64,000 nucleotides of DNA, from assembly GCA_965197495.1 (NCBI GenBank), contig OZ240210.1:3803836-3867835 (forward strand), read 5' to 3'. This DNA is from Candidatus Marinacidobacterales bacterium. Lineage in GTDB: Bacteria; Acidobacteriota; Vicinamibacteria; Marinacidobacterales; SMYC01. A program made the translations under genes and the position numbers. The first letter of the stretch is position 1. Every line of letters begins with the position of its first letter. This document shows positions 17,595-26,957 of the stretch, piece by piece. The notes under the pieces are model-generated. The model saw only the letters and a program-made list of their open reading frames with translations. It searched no databases and was not told where the DNA came from.

Positions 17595-17793
17595 ATTAAC
17601 CCTAATCGCAAATAAACGTCACCGTGTCTGAGGTCTTTGGCCCCGTGAATAGCACCTTTTCCAGGTTCTGCATACACCGTGCAGAATCACCTATAGTGGC
17701 GGCGAGCGGGTGCCCCAGCACGAGCTTCTCGCCTGCGCCCAGTGCGGCTGTTTCGCGTTTTCGTGCTTCGAAGATTTTGCGATTAGGGTTAAT
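17595..17793. repeat. ~200-bp unit bounded by an 18-bp perfect inverted repeat (MITE/structured-RNA-like)
   Basis: ATTAACCCTAATCGCAAA (17595-17612) pairs with TTTGCGATTAGGGTTAAT (17776-17793). An internal hairpin TTCTGCA-N7-TGCAGAA is present. The last 4 nt of the right arm belong to the IS200 copy. Confidence 0.6.
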
Positions 17794-18380
17794 GTCCCAC
17801 TCGGGGATGGTTGAAATCCCACGCCTTTAGGCGAAGCCTTTAGGAGGCTTGGGGTACGATCCCGAGGTGAAAGGATATCGTAAATCATCGCACACGACGT
17901 ACCAGTTAAACTATCACTTCGTATTTATCACGAAGTACCGCAAGCCGGCCTTGAGAGGGGATGTAGCGGTTCGTCTCCGGGATCTCATCCGGGAGATCTG
18001 TGCTCGGAACCAGATAGAAATACTGAAGGGTCATGTGCGGCCTGAGCACGTGCACCTGTTGCTGAGCGTGCCGCCGAATTTGTCGCCGAGTCGAGTGATG
18101 CAGTTGATCAAGGGTAAGACGTCGAATCGTCTGATGCGCGACTTTCGGAGGATGCGGAAGGAGTTCTGGGGTCGGCACCTACGGGCACGGGGTTACTTCG
18201 TGGTGACAACGGGCAACGTGACGGATGAGGTGATAGCGAAGTATATAGAGTTGCAGGGTGCCGTGCCCCAGGACGACGATTCTTTCAGGGTCAGTGAGTA
18301 GTGAAACGAGGCAAGGACAAGCCGACTTTAGTCGGCGACGTGAACCCATCGCCTTTAGGCGATGGAGCGCACGCGCTCAG
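17790..18380 (+). mobile_element. IS200/IS605-family element, copy 1 (591 bp, tnpA only)
   Basis: Identical apart from 2 substitutions to 37450-38040. Subterminal hairpins are present: AAGCCT-TTAGG-AGGCTT at the left, and GCCGAC-TTTA-GTCGGC and CCATCGCC-TTTA-GGCGATGG at the right. Confidence 0.85.
17849..18301 (+). CDS. tnpA: IS200-type Y1 (HUH) transposase
   Basis: YQLNYHFVFITKYRKPAL (HUH motif HFV) .. SPSRVMQLIKGKTSNRL .. GYFVVTTG. The true start may be GTG at 17867. Confidence 0.9.
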   Translation: MGYDPEVKGYRKSSHTTYQLNYHFVFITKYRKPALRGDVAVRLRDLIREICARNQIEILKGHVRPEHVHLLLSVPPNLSPSRVMQLIKGKTSNRLMRDFRRMRKEFWGRHLRARGYFVVTTGNVTDEVIAKYIELQGAVPQDDDSFRVSE

Positions 18381-18539
18381 AAAGGCGTCCTAGTCTCGGG
18401 CGATAACGTCGGCTCAACTCCAATGACCGTTTGACCACGAGCCCCGCGCTATTTATCATCAAGGTGTATCCGTCAAAACGACAATAAAGCAGCTTGAAGT
18501 GACCGGGCGCCTCGTGGCCCGTGAGCGGAGCCAGGCGAA

Positions 18540-19337
18540 ATGGACCTAAAGAGCGTCGACAGCCAGCGAAGCGAGCTACTTCTCTTCGTGATTGCGCTCG
18601 TGATGATTTTTCTCGCCACGATCGCCTACGTTTCGTTCCGGCAGGAGCAAGGGCTCCTCGTGCCGGCTTTGACCGTCGTCTCGCTCCTCGCCTGTCTTTA
18701 CATCATCGCCAAGGAGCGCCGTCTTCGAAGACTGCAAAAGCGACTAGTCCGAGAGCTGTTGGAGGAGCAGGACAAATCGGCTTCGCTCGAGGGCCGTTTG
18801 AAGGAAATGACCGCGCTCTATCGCGCGATCAGCACCGTGAACTCGGTTGTGGAGCCTGAGCACACGTTCGATGCCGTGCTGCGGGCCGCGCTCGAGCTCG
18901 TCGAGGGCGATCGTGGCTCGTTGATGCTACTGGACGAGCTGGACGAGCGTTTGAAAATCGTGTCGGCGCAAGGGCTGCCGCAAGTGATTGTCGCGCAAAC
19001 GCGGCAAAAACCCGGGCAGGGGGTCGCGGGCTGGGTCGCAGAGAGCCGCACACCGTTGCTCTTGGTGGGAGACGCGAACGAAGACGAAAGGTTCGAGGAT
19101 CCCTGCGAGATTGAGGAAGAGCTCAAAGCCTCGATTTCGGTGCCGCTTCTGCTGAGGGACGAGGTGTTGGGCGTCCTGAATCTGAGCTTGACCTCGCAAG
19201 CCCCGAAAGACTCGCTCTCGGACTACGAGCTGCGCATGGCCGCGATCTTCGCCCAGTACGCGGCCAGTGCCATCGAGAACGCCCGCCTCCGTCTCGCCGC
19301 GTCGTTATTGGACCCGGTGATGATATCGCCGGTCTGA
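18540..19337 (+). CDS. membrane-anchored GAF-domain protein
   Basis: Two N-terminal TM segments and a coiled coil. The GAF-like core is FDAVLRAALELVEGDRGSLMLLD..GQGVAGWVAESRTPLLV. Confidence 0.75.
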   Translation: MDLKSVDSQRSELLLFVIALVMIFLATIAYVSFRQEQGLLVPALTVVSLLACLYIIAKERRLRRLQKRLVRELLEEQDKSASLEGRLKEMTALYRAISTVNSVVEPEHTFDAVLRAALELVEGDRGSLMLLDELDERLKIVSAQGLPQVIVAQTRQKPGQGVAGWVAESRTPLLLVGDANEDERFEDPCEIEEELKASISVPLLLRDEVLGVLNLSLTSQAPKDSLSDYELRMAAIFAQYAASAIENARLRLAASLLDPVMISPV

Positions 19338-19359
19338 GTGCGCCCATAATAGTCGCCAA

Positions 19360-20136
19360 TCAGTAGACGACAGCTCCGCCGTCGATATTGATCGCCTGGC
19401 CGTTGATCCCGCGCGACGCGTCCGTCGCGAGCATGACGGCGACGGCGGCGACCTCTTCCGGCTCCATCAGCCGGTTCTGGGGCGAAAGCTTCGAGAGCCA
19501 CTTTCTCGCGTCCTCTTCGCTCCCGCCGGTTTTCGCGGCGATGTTGCGCGCCGCTTCGCTCGCCATATCGGTGTTCACGAAGCCAGGGCAAATCGCGTTC
19601 ACCGTCACCCCGAGCGTCGCCATCTCGAGCGCGAGCGCGCGGGTGAATCCAATGACGCCGTGTTTGCTCGCACAATAGGCGGCGGTGTATTGAAAGCCGA
19701 CTTTCCCCGCCGTTGATGCGATGTTGATCACGCGGCCCCATTTCTGCGCTACCAGCTCGGGAAGTAACGCGCGGGTAATCTTGAAAACGCTCGTCAAATT
19801 GATATCGAGGTGGGACCGCCAGTGTTCGTCATCCATGTTGAGCACTTTGACGCTCTTGGCGATACCGGCATTGTTGACGAGGATCTGAATTGCTCCGAGC
19901 TTCGCCGTCACTTCCGCGTGCGCCTTCTCGATGGACTCCGAGCTCCCGACATCGATGGCGATCGGAACCGCGCGGCCGCCCGCCCCGTTGATCTCGGCCG
20001 CGAGCCTTTCCAAGGGCTCCATCGAGCGGGCGCCGAGCGCGAGAACGGCGCCTTCCTTTGCATAGGCGAGTGCTACCGCGCGGCCGATGCCGCGGCTTGC
20101 GCCGGTGATGAAAGCTTTTCGGTCACGAAGTCTCAT
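19360..20136 (-). CDS. SDR family oxidoreductase (FabG-like)
   Basis: TGASRGIGRA, NNAG and YCASKHG motifs. Confidence 0.85.
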   Translation of the reverse strand: MRLRDRKAFITGASRGIGRAVALAYAKEGAVLALGARSMEPLERLAAEINGAGGRAVPIAIDVGSSESIEKAHAEVTAKLGAIQILVNNAGIAKSVKVLNMDDEHWRSHLDINLTSVFKITRALLPELVAQKWGRVINIASTAGKVGFQYTAAYCASKHGVIGFTRALALEMATLGVTVNAICPGFVNTDMASEAARNIAAKTGGSEEDARKWLSKLSPQNRLMEPEEVAAVAVMLATDASRGINGQAINIDGGAVVY

Positions 20137-20146
20137 GTCCGCTATT

Positions 20147-21445
20147 CTATTGCGGCCACCATCCGTAGACGAGGATGACGATGATGGCGGCGGGGATGAC
20201 CCACCGGATCCAGAAAATCCAGAAAGGACCGATGGCCATCGAGCTCCCGTGATTGATCTCGGCGAGCGCCTTGCCGCGTGCGACGAACCACCCGAGCGCC
20301 ACGAGTGTTAGAGCGCTTCCGATCGGCTGCATGGTCGAGCCCCAGATTCGATCGTTCCATTGCAGAAAATTCGAGCTCGCCATCGAAGGGAGTGCTATGA
20401 CGAGTTGGATGGGGATCAGAACGGCGAGCGCCTTCCCGCGACTCCAATGCCAGTAGTGGTTGACGCCGTCCACGAGCACTTCCATTGCGGCGATCGCGGA
20501 GAGAAAAGCCGCGGTAAAGAGCGCGCCGAAGAAGACACCCCCGACGACGGCGCCGCCCGGCATCGCCGCGAAAACACCTGGGAGTGTTACGAACAGAAGG
20601 GACGGGCCGCTCGCAGGCTCGACACCCATGGCGAAGACGGCGGGAAGGATCGCGAGCCCACCGAGCATGGCGGCGGTGAGATCACCGAGCGCGATCTGGA
20701 TGGCGGTACGCGGAATATTCTCGTCGTCTCGGAGATAGCTTCCGTAGAGAAGGAAGAATGTTCCGCCGAGAGACAAGCTGAAGAAGACTTGGCCGAGAGC
20801 GGCGAGCACGGTTTGCGCGTTCAGTTTCGAAAAGTCGTGGAGGAGAAAGAAGCGAATGCCTTCAGCCGCTCCGGGAAGGGTGACGGAGCGCGCAATGACG
20901 GCGAGAAGTGCCATGAAAACGAGCGGCACCACGACGCAGGAGACCGACTCGATGCCGCGACGCACGCCAAAATACAAAACGGTACCCACGCCCGCAAAGG
21001 CCGTCGCTGTGACGGAGACGTTCCAGACCGTGATGCCGGTGAGCATCGTCTCGAAAAAGCTTTCGGGGTTCGCCCCCGCCTCGCCGACGAAGGAGGTCTC
21101 GAGCGTGTAGAAGAGGACTTGACCCACGACGAGCGTGTAATACGAGTTCGCCATGAAGACGGTGAAAAAGAGCATCATGCCGATGGCGCGGCCTCCCGGC
21201 ATGCCGGCGGTCACGAAGGCTCCTGCGGGTCCTTGGCGCGTGAAGCGGCCGAGCGTCCACTCGGCCATGATTGCGGGAATCCCGAGCACAATCCCGAAGA
21301 AGATGTACAAGAGGACGAAAGCAGCGCCGCCATAGCTTCCCGCCATGTACGGAAAGCGCCAGACGTTCGCCAGCCCGACAGCGACGCCCATGAGCGCCAT
21401 GACGGAGCCGAATCGCGAGCCGAATGTCTCTCGTTCGCGATTCAT
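20147..21445 (-). CDS. sodium-dependent transporter, NSS/SNF family
   Basis: GLANVWRFPYMAGSYGGAAFVLLYI is a hallmark NSS N-terminus. The protein is 432 aa and polytopic. Confidence 0.85.
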   Translation of the reverse strand: MNRERETFGSRFGSVMALMGVAVGLANVWRFPYMAGSYGGAAFVLLYIFFGIVLGIPAIMAEWTLGRFTRQGPAGAFVTAGMPGGRAIGMMLFFTVFMANSYYTLVVGQVLFYTLETSFVGEAGANPESFFETMLTGITVWNVSVTATAFAGVGTVLYFGVRRGIESVSCVVVPLVFMALLAVIARSVTLPGAAEGIRFFLLHDFSKLNAQTVLAALGQVFFSLSLGGTFFLLYGSYLRDDENIPRTAIQIALGDLTAAMLGGLAILPAVFAMGVEPASGPSLLFVTLPGVFAAMPGGAVVGGVFFGALFTAAFLSAIAAMEVLVDGVNHYWHWSRGKALAVLIPIQLVIALPSMASSNFLQWNDRIWGSTMQPIGSALTLVALGWFVARGKALAEINHGSSMAIGPFWIFWIRWVIPAAIIVILVYGWWPQ

Positions 21446-21455
21446 GATGAAGAGG

Positions 21456-21490
21456 CCCTTAGGGCCCGCGCAAGAATAACTTCACATTTT
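21456..21490. repeat. left arm of a ~34-bp imperfect inverted repeat flanking the IS1634 pair
   Basis: CCCTTAGGGCCCGCGCAAGAATAACTTCACATTTT compared with the reverse complement of 25677-25709, CCTAAGGGTCCGCGCAAGAATAAGTTCGCATTTT. Confidence 0.7.
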
Positions 21491-21563
21491 AGGACGCCGA
21501 TGCATCCCGCCTGGCTTCGTTGCTCGCCGCCTTCCGCAGCGAGCCTGTCGAGCGGAGGGCTAG

Positions 21564-23566
21564 CCCATGTTTCCCTTTTAGGTGTCTAAGTCATCGAAAA
21601 CAAAGGATCGAGATCGGCGGTTTGTCTCTACGCTGACAGCACCTCCTCGGAGAAGGCTGGCGGGTCGCGTTCAACGATGCCGAGTGCAGTCAGGATCGAG
21701 TTGGCGCGAGCGGTGCCGCGCGTGACGACGCGCTTAGTCCGCCCAGAACCCAGCTGTAAGTCGACGACCCGGACCGAGCGTAGCGCTTGTAGTGCCTCGG
21801 TTGCGGACAGGTCGAGTTCGGCGACCTTGAGCTTTTTCTCAAGAGCCCGATGCACAAGGAAGGCCAGCGTAGCTACGAAAAGATGTGCCTCCACACGCTC
21901 ATCGGTCTGGTGGTAAACGGGACGCATCTCAATGACATCCTTAAGGCATGAGAAGGCTCGCTCGACCTCGTTTAGGTCCTTGTAAAGGCGCACGGCGTCG
22001 ACCGGAGAGAGGTTTTGCTCCTCGGTTTGAATAACGTACTTACCCTCGTAGGCTTGCTCGCGCTTGAGGTTGACGGGGTGCTCGAAGAAGCGGAAGCGAC
22101 CGTTTTTGTACTCCCAGTCGTAGTAACGGTGACCGTGGTGGCGTGCCTGTATGCGCGCGGCGGCGGCACCGATTTTCTCGGGGGCTTTCAATCGTCCGTC
22201 GTGCACGCGGCGCTCGAGGGCCTCGAATGCCGCACGGGCACGTCCCATGGCCCGCAGCCTCTGCCCGCGCTCGTAGGCGAGCCTTTCGTCGCTGTGAACG
22301 ACGAAGATGCGCACCCCAGACTGCTCGGAGCGGACTTCTTGCACACGAGTCTTAGGTGGCTCGGCTTTTTCGCTCACCGTGATGCCACCAGGGCAGTCGA
22401 TCCACTCTCCGCTGGCGCGCTCGATGTAACGATAGACCTCCTCGCGCCGTCGTCTTTGCAGCCCGACGAGATAGCCCTGCTTGCGCGAGCGCACCACTGC
22501 CAGGCTGTCGCTCGTTACCATCCCTCGGTCGCCGACAAAAACCACGCGGTGCAAACCGAATCGTTCGTTGAGATCGTTGAGCACCTGCGGCACCGTTTTC
22601 GCGTCACGCCAGTTGCCGGCGAAAACATGGTGGGCGATCGGCCAACCGTCCACCATCACCAGACCGATAAGCACTTGCCGGTTACGCGGTCTGCGGTCGC
22701 GACTGTAGCCGTGGGCGCCGAGCCCCGGAGGGCCTTGACCTTCGAAGTACGTCGACGTCAGGTCGTAAAACACCATATCAACCTCAAGCGAAAACAGATC
22801 CCGCAAGCGCAAAAACAGCTCCTTCTCGATCTGTTCTTTGCGGGCATGCAGCTGGTCGAGCGTTCGGTACCATTGCTTGAGTTGGCGAAACTCCACGCGA
22901 ACCCGCGGGGAGCGACTCGCTCGCCGTTCCCCATCATCGCGCCACTGCGGCACCCACCGCCGCCCCTGCCGGTCGCAGACGAAGTCGGTCTTGAGCCAGC
23001 GCGCCAGACCGTGCTCGCTTGACGGAGCACATAGCCGGTTGGCGACCAGCACCAAAGCTCGCTCGCTTAGCGCCACTCCGTCCCGCTTGCCGCGGCCCCC
23101 GAGCCGGTCGAGAATCTGCTCCAGCCCGAGTTCGCGCCACAGCGTCGCCGTCACCAGCATCGGACCCCAATCCCACGCGTCTGCCCCCGCGACCTGCTCG
23201 GCTGCTCGCTCGGTGTCGGCCGGTTCACCGGCCCCAAGCAACCGATTGAGGGAGTCGAGATTGGCAACTAGGAGATCCTTGCGCCCCAAGTTGCACACTA
23301 CGCGTTGCTTCGGCTTGCCGTGCTCCCGATACGACTCGACCAGGCGGACATACTCATGTTGAACCCCTTTGCCGCCTGCGGCCCGAACGATGTGGAAGAA
23401 CATAACCTGTCCTCACGCATACTACATGTCATTGTCCACGATTACAACGTATTAATGGCGCTCAAAGCACAATCTCTGTCTCTACGTTTTGGGCGAAATT
23501 CAACCCCCGTTCCTTTGAATTCAGTCACTTACGAGCGTTAGGGTGCTCATAAAGGGTAAACATGGG
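21564..23566 (-). mobile_element. IS1634-family insertion sequence, copy A (2003 bp)
   Basis: Terminal inverted repeats are CCCATGTTT(C/A)CCTTTTAGG.. and ..CTCATAAAGGGTAAACATGGG. CTAG lies on both sides. Confidence 0.85.
21628..23403 (-). CDS. IS1634-family (IS4-related) DDE transposase, intact
   Basis: 591 aa: MFFHIVRAAGGKGVQHEYVRLVESYREHGKPKQRVVCNLGR.. ; FYDLTSTYFEG ; VVFVGDRGM ; YKDLNEVERAFSCLK. Confidence 0.85.
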   Translation of the reverse strand: MFFHIVRAAGGKGVQHEYVRLVESYREHGKPKQRVVCNLGRKDLLVANLDSLNRLLGAGEPADTERAAEQVAGADAWDWGPMLVTATLWRELGLEQILDRLGGRGKRDGVALSERALVLVANRLCAPSSEHGLARWLKTDFVCDRQGRRWVPQWRDDGERRASRSPRVRVEFRQLKQWYRTLDQLHARKEQIEKELFLRLRDLFSLEVDMVFYDLTSTYFEGQGPPGLGAHGYSRDRRPRNRQVLIGLVMVDGWPIAHHVFAGNWRDAKTVPQVLNDLNERFGLHRVVFVGDRGMVTSDSLAVVRSRKQGYLVGLQRRRREEVYRYIERASGEWIDCPGGITVSEKAEPPKTRVQEVRSEQSGVRIFVVHSDERLAYERGQRLRAMGRARAAFEALERRVHDGRLKAPEKIGAAAARIQARHHGHRYYDWEYKNGRFRFFEHPVNLKREQAYEGKYVIQTEEQNLSPVDAVRLYKDLNEVERAFSCLKDVIEMRPVYHQTDERVEAHLFVATLAFLVHRALEKKLKVAELDLSATEALQALRSVRVVDLQLGSGRTKRVVTRGTARANSILTALGIVERDPPAFSEEVLSA

Positions 23567-23570
23567 CTAG

Positions 23571-25573
23571 CCCATGTTTACCTTTTAGGTGTCTAAGTCA
23601 TCGAAAACAAAGGATCGAGATCGGCGGTTTGTCTCTACGCTGACAGCACCTCCTCGGAGAAGGCTGGCGGGTCGCGTTCAACGATGCCGAGTGCAGTCAG
23701 GATCGAGTTGGCGCGAGCGGTGCCGCGCGTGACGACGCGCTTAGTCCGCCCAGAACCCAGCTGTAAGTCGACGACCCGGACCGAGCGTAGCGCTTGTAGT
23801 GCCTCGGTTGCGGACAGGTCGAGTTCGGCGACCTTGAGCTTTTTCTCAAGAGCCCGATGCACAAGGAAGGCCAGCGTAGCTACGAAAAGATATGCCTCCA
23901 CACGCTCATCGGTCTGGTGGTAAACGGGACGCATCTCAATGACATCCTTAAGGCATGAGAAGGCTCGCTCGACCTCGTTTAGGTCCTTGTAAAGGCGCAC
24001 GGCGTCGACCGGAGAGAGGTTTTGCTCCTCGGTTTGAATAACGTACTTACCCTCGTAGGCTTGCTCGCGCTTGAGGTTGACGGGGTGCTCGAAGAAGCGG
24101 AAGCGACCGTTTTTGTACTCCCAGTCGTAGTAACGGTGACCGTGGTGGCGTGCCTGTATGCGCGCGGCGGCGGCACCGATTTTCTCGGGGGCTTTCAATC
24201 GTCCGTCGCGCACGCGGCGCTCGAGGGCCTCGAATGCCGCACGGGCACGTCCCATGGCCCGCAGCCTCTGCCCGCGCTCGTAGGCGAGCCTTTCGTCGCT
24301 GTGAACGACGAAGATGCGCACCCCAGACTGCTCGGAGCGGACTTCTTGCACACGAGTCTTAGGTGGCTCGGCTTTTTCGCTCACCGTGATGCCACCAGGG
24401 CAGTCGATCCACTCTCCGCTGGCGCGCTCGATGTAACGATAGACCTCCTCGCGCCGTCGTCTTTGCAGCCCGACGAGATAGCCCTGCTTGCGCGAGCGCA
24501 CCACTGCCAGGCTGTCGCTCGTTACCATCCCTCGGTCGCCGACAAAAACCACGCGGTGCAAACCGAATCGTTCGTTGAGATCGTTGAGCACCTGCGGCAC
24601 CGTTTTCGCGTCACGCCAGTTGCCGGCGAAAACATGGTGGGCGATCGGCCAACCGTCCACCATCACCAGACCGATAAGCACTTGCCGGTTACGCGGTCTG
24701 CGGTCGCGACTGTAGCCGTGGGCGCCGAGCCCCGGAGGGCCTTGACCTTCGAAGTACGTCGACGTCAGGTCGTAAAACACCATGTCAACCTCAAGCGAAA
24801 ACAGATCCCGCAAGCGCAAAAACAGCTCCTTCTCGATCTGTTCTTTGCGGGCATGCAGCTAGTCGAGCGTTCGGTACCATTGCTTGAGTTGGCGAAACTC
24901 CACGCGAACCCGCGGGGAGCGACTCGCTCGCCGTTCCCCATCATCGCGCCACTGCGGCACCCACCGCCGCCCCTGCCGGTCGCAGACGAAGTCGGTCTCG
25001 AGCCAGCGCGCCAGACCGTGCTCGCTTGACGGAGCACATAGCCGGTTGGCGACCAGCACCAAAGCTCGCTCGCTTAGCGCCACTCCGTCCCGCTTGCCGC
25101 GGCCCCCGAGCCGGTCGAGAATCTGCTCCAGCCCGAACTCGCGCCACAGCGTCGCCGTCACCAGCATCGGACCCCAATCCCACGCGTCTGCCCCCGCGAC
25201 CTGCTCGGCTGCTCGCTCGGTGTCGGCCGGTTCACCGGCCCCAAGCAACCGATTGAGGGAGTCGAGATTGGCAACTAGGAGATCCTTGCGCCCCAAGTTG
25301 CACACTACGCGTTGCTTCGGCTTGCCGTGTTCCCGATACGACTCGACCAGGCGGACATACTCATGTTGAACCCCTTTGCCGCCTGCGGCCCGAACGATGC
25401 GGAAGAACATAACCTGTCCTCACGCATACTACATGTCATTGTCCACGATTACAACGTATTAATGGCGCTTAAAGCACAATCTCTGTCTCTACGTTTTAGG
25501 CGAAATCCAACCCCCGTTCCTTTGAATTCAGTCACTTACGAGCGTTAGGGTGCTCATAAAGGGTAAACATGGG
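23571..25573 (-). mobile_element. IS1634-family insertion sequence, copy B (2003 bp), directly abutting copy A
   Basis: Period 2007 bp relative to copy A. I can see about a dozen substitutions. Confidence 0.85.
23635..25410 (-). pseudogene. IS1634-family transposase inactivated by an in-frame stop
   Basis: CAG (copy A, 22852-22854) is TAG in copy B (24859-24861). This splits the ORF into 23635..24819 and 24859..25410. Confidence 0.85.
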
Positions 25574-25676
25574 CTAGGCCGCGTCAGCGGCCGCACTGGA
25601 AGATTGCTCATATATCTGGATATTATTCGCTCCTCGCGCCTTGCCATGCGGGCGCCCTTTATTAGATTGGGCCCGA

Positions 25677-25709
25677 AAATGCGAACTTATTCTTGCGCGG
25701 ACCCTTAGG
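25677..25709. repeat. right arm of the inverted repeat flanking the IS1634 pair
   Basis: See 21456-21490. It overlaps the cupin stop codon (25705-25707). Confidence 0.7.
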
Positions 25710-26031
25710 CGTGCGTCGGCGGCGGGGCCATCCCTACGAGAAGCACGACGCGATCGGTCGTCTCGTTCTCGACGCCGTGGGGCTCGCCCGCGCGGGCGAC
25801 CACGGCCTGGCCCGGCCGGGCATTCCTGGTCTCGCCCCCGATATGAAAGCGCGGCTGACCTTCGAGAACGACATAGATCTTGGACGAGGCCTCGTGGGTA
25901 TGGACTTTCTGCTTTTGTCCGGGATCGAGACAATAGAGGTCGAGAAATAACTCCTTGGTCGCGAAAAGATTGATCTTCTGCATCTTTTCGGGCGAAAAAT
26001 GACAAGCGTCGAATATCGTGCGGATGTCCAT
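25705..26031 (-). CDS. cupin-domain protein
   Basis: 108 aa with GQKQKVHTHEASSKIYVVLEG..ARPGQAVVARAGEPHGVEN (cupin metal-binding His pattern). Confidence 0.75.
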   Translation of the reverse strand: MDIRTIFDACHFSPEKMQKINLFATKELFLDLYCLDPGQKQKVHTHEASSKIYVVLEGQPRFHIGGETRNARPGQAVVARAGEPHGVENETTDRVVLLVGMAPPPTHA

Positions 26032-26041
26032 GGCGAGAGCC

Positions 26042-26773
26042 TCAGCTCCAAGTGGCGTTCAGGTAGTCGCGGGCCTCGAGAGCTTGGCCGGTCGTCGTCT
26101 CGGACGCGTTCGACGCGAGGAAGACGAAGACTTCCGCGATGTCTCTAGGGGTGGGCAAAGAGTTGGGATCTTCGTCCGGATAGGCGCCGGCTCGCATTTC
26201 CGTGCGGGTCGCACCGGGATTCACGCTGTTGACGCGGATGCCCTCCGCTTCGAGCTCGGCCGCGAGCACTTGGGTGAAGCCTTCGAGGCCGAACTTCGAT
26301 ACCGAATAGGCATTCCAGTTGGTCTTCCCGCGGCGTCCGACGGTGCTGCTGACATTGATGATGGAGCCTTCTCCGCGGGCTTTCAGGTGAGGCAAGAGAG
26401 GCTTCGTGACATAGAACAAGCTCGAGGTATTCACCTTGAGCACTTCGTCCCAGGTAGCAACGTCGAGCTCCGTGATTTTGGCGCGCTTGCCGAGAATGCT
26501 CGCATTGTTGACGAGGATCGAAAGGTGCGCGAATTTTTCGATGGCACGCCCTACGAGGCGTTCCGCGTCGTCCGGGTCGGCCACGTCTGCGGCGAGATAG
26601 CCGACCTCACCGTGTGCGGCGAGCTCTTCCGCCGTTTTCGCGAGTCGCTCCTCGCCGCGTGCGCATAGAAACACCGAAGCACCTTCTTCGAGATAGGCTT
26701 CGGCGATGCCTTTTCCGATCCCTTTGCTTGTTCCGGTGATTAGGGCTGCTTTTCCTTCGAGTCTACCGGTCAC
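26042..26773 (-). CDS. SDR family oxidoreductase
   Basis: TGTSKGIGKG, NNAS and YSVSKFG motifs. Confidence 0.85.
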   Translation of the reverse strand: MTGRLEGKAALITGTSKGIGKGIAEAYLEEGASVFLCARGEERLAKTAEELAAHGEVGYLAADVADPDDAERLVGRAIEKFAHLSILVNNASILGKRAKITELDVATWDEVLKVNTSSLFYVTKPLLPHLKARGEGSIINVSSTVGRRGKTNWNAYSVSKFGLEGFTQVLAAELEAEGIRVNSVNPGATRTEMRAGAYPDEDPNSLPTPRDIAEVFVFLASNASETTTGQALEARDYLNATWS

Positions 26774-26822
26774 AGTGTGGCCATTCTATCCTTCAAAACT
26801 CTCAGCGGCCTCAAAGACGTGG

Positions 26823-26957
26823 CTATTTCCTTTGCTCAATCAATTTCCTGAGCGTCGTCAGCTCTTCGTCGAGTTTTTTTTGCTTGCCCCCGAGAGCGTA
26901 GATATAGGCGAAGAGAAGGACCCAAGTGGCGGTATAGGCCGCGAAGAGATAACTCAT
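26823..26957 (-). CDS. ccmD: CcmD-like small membrane protein
   Basis: Not in the ORF track (44 aa). Own translation: MSYLFAAYTATWVLLFAYIYALGGKQKKLDEELTTLRKLIEQRK. The ATG overlaps the ccmC stop (ATGA). It is a single TM helix plus a basic/coiled tail, as in CcmD. Confidence 0.55.
   Translation of the reverse strand: MSYLFAAYTATWVLLFAYIYALGGKQKKLDEELTTLRKLIEQRK

Noticed and set aside
16529-17677. 382-aa minus-strand ORF
   Set aside because: It is antisense to the FHA-domain gene and is a typical high-GC shadow ORF with no recognisable motifs.
20360-21589. 409-aa plus-strand ORF
   Set aside because: It is antisense to the NSS transporter, with a charged low-complexity translation.
22015-23022. 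335-aa plus-strand ORF (and its twin at 24022..25029)
   Set aside because: It is antisense to the IS1634 transposase. It is duplicated only because the IS is duplicated.
21446-25704. Riboswitch (e.g. glycine) in the restored leader of the NSS transporter
   Set aside because: After removing the IS pair in silico I could not recognise the glycine riboswitch core or any other consensus I know. A covariance-model scan would be needed.
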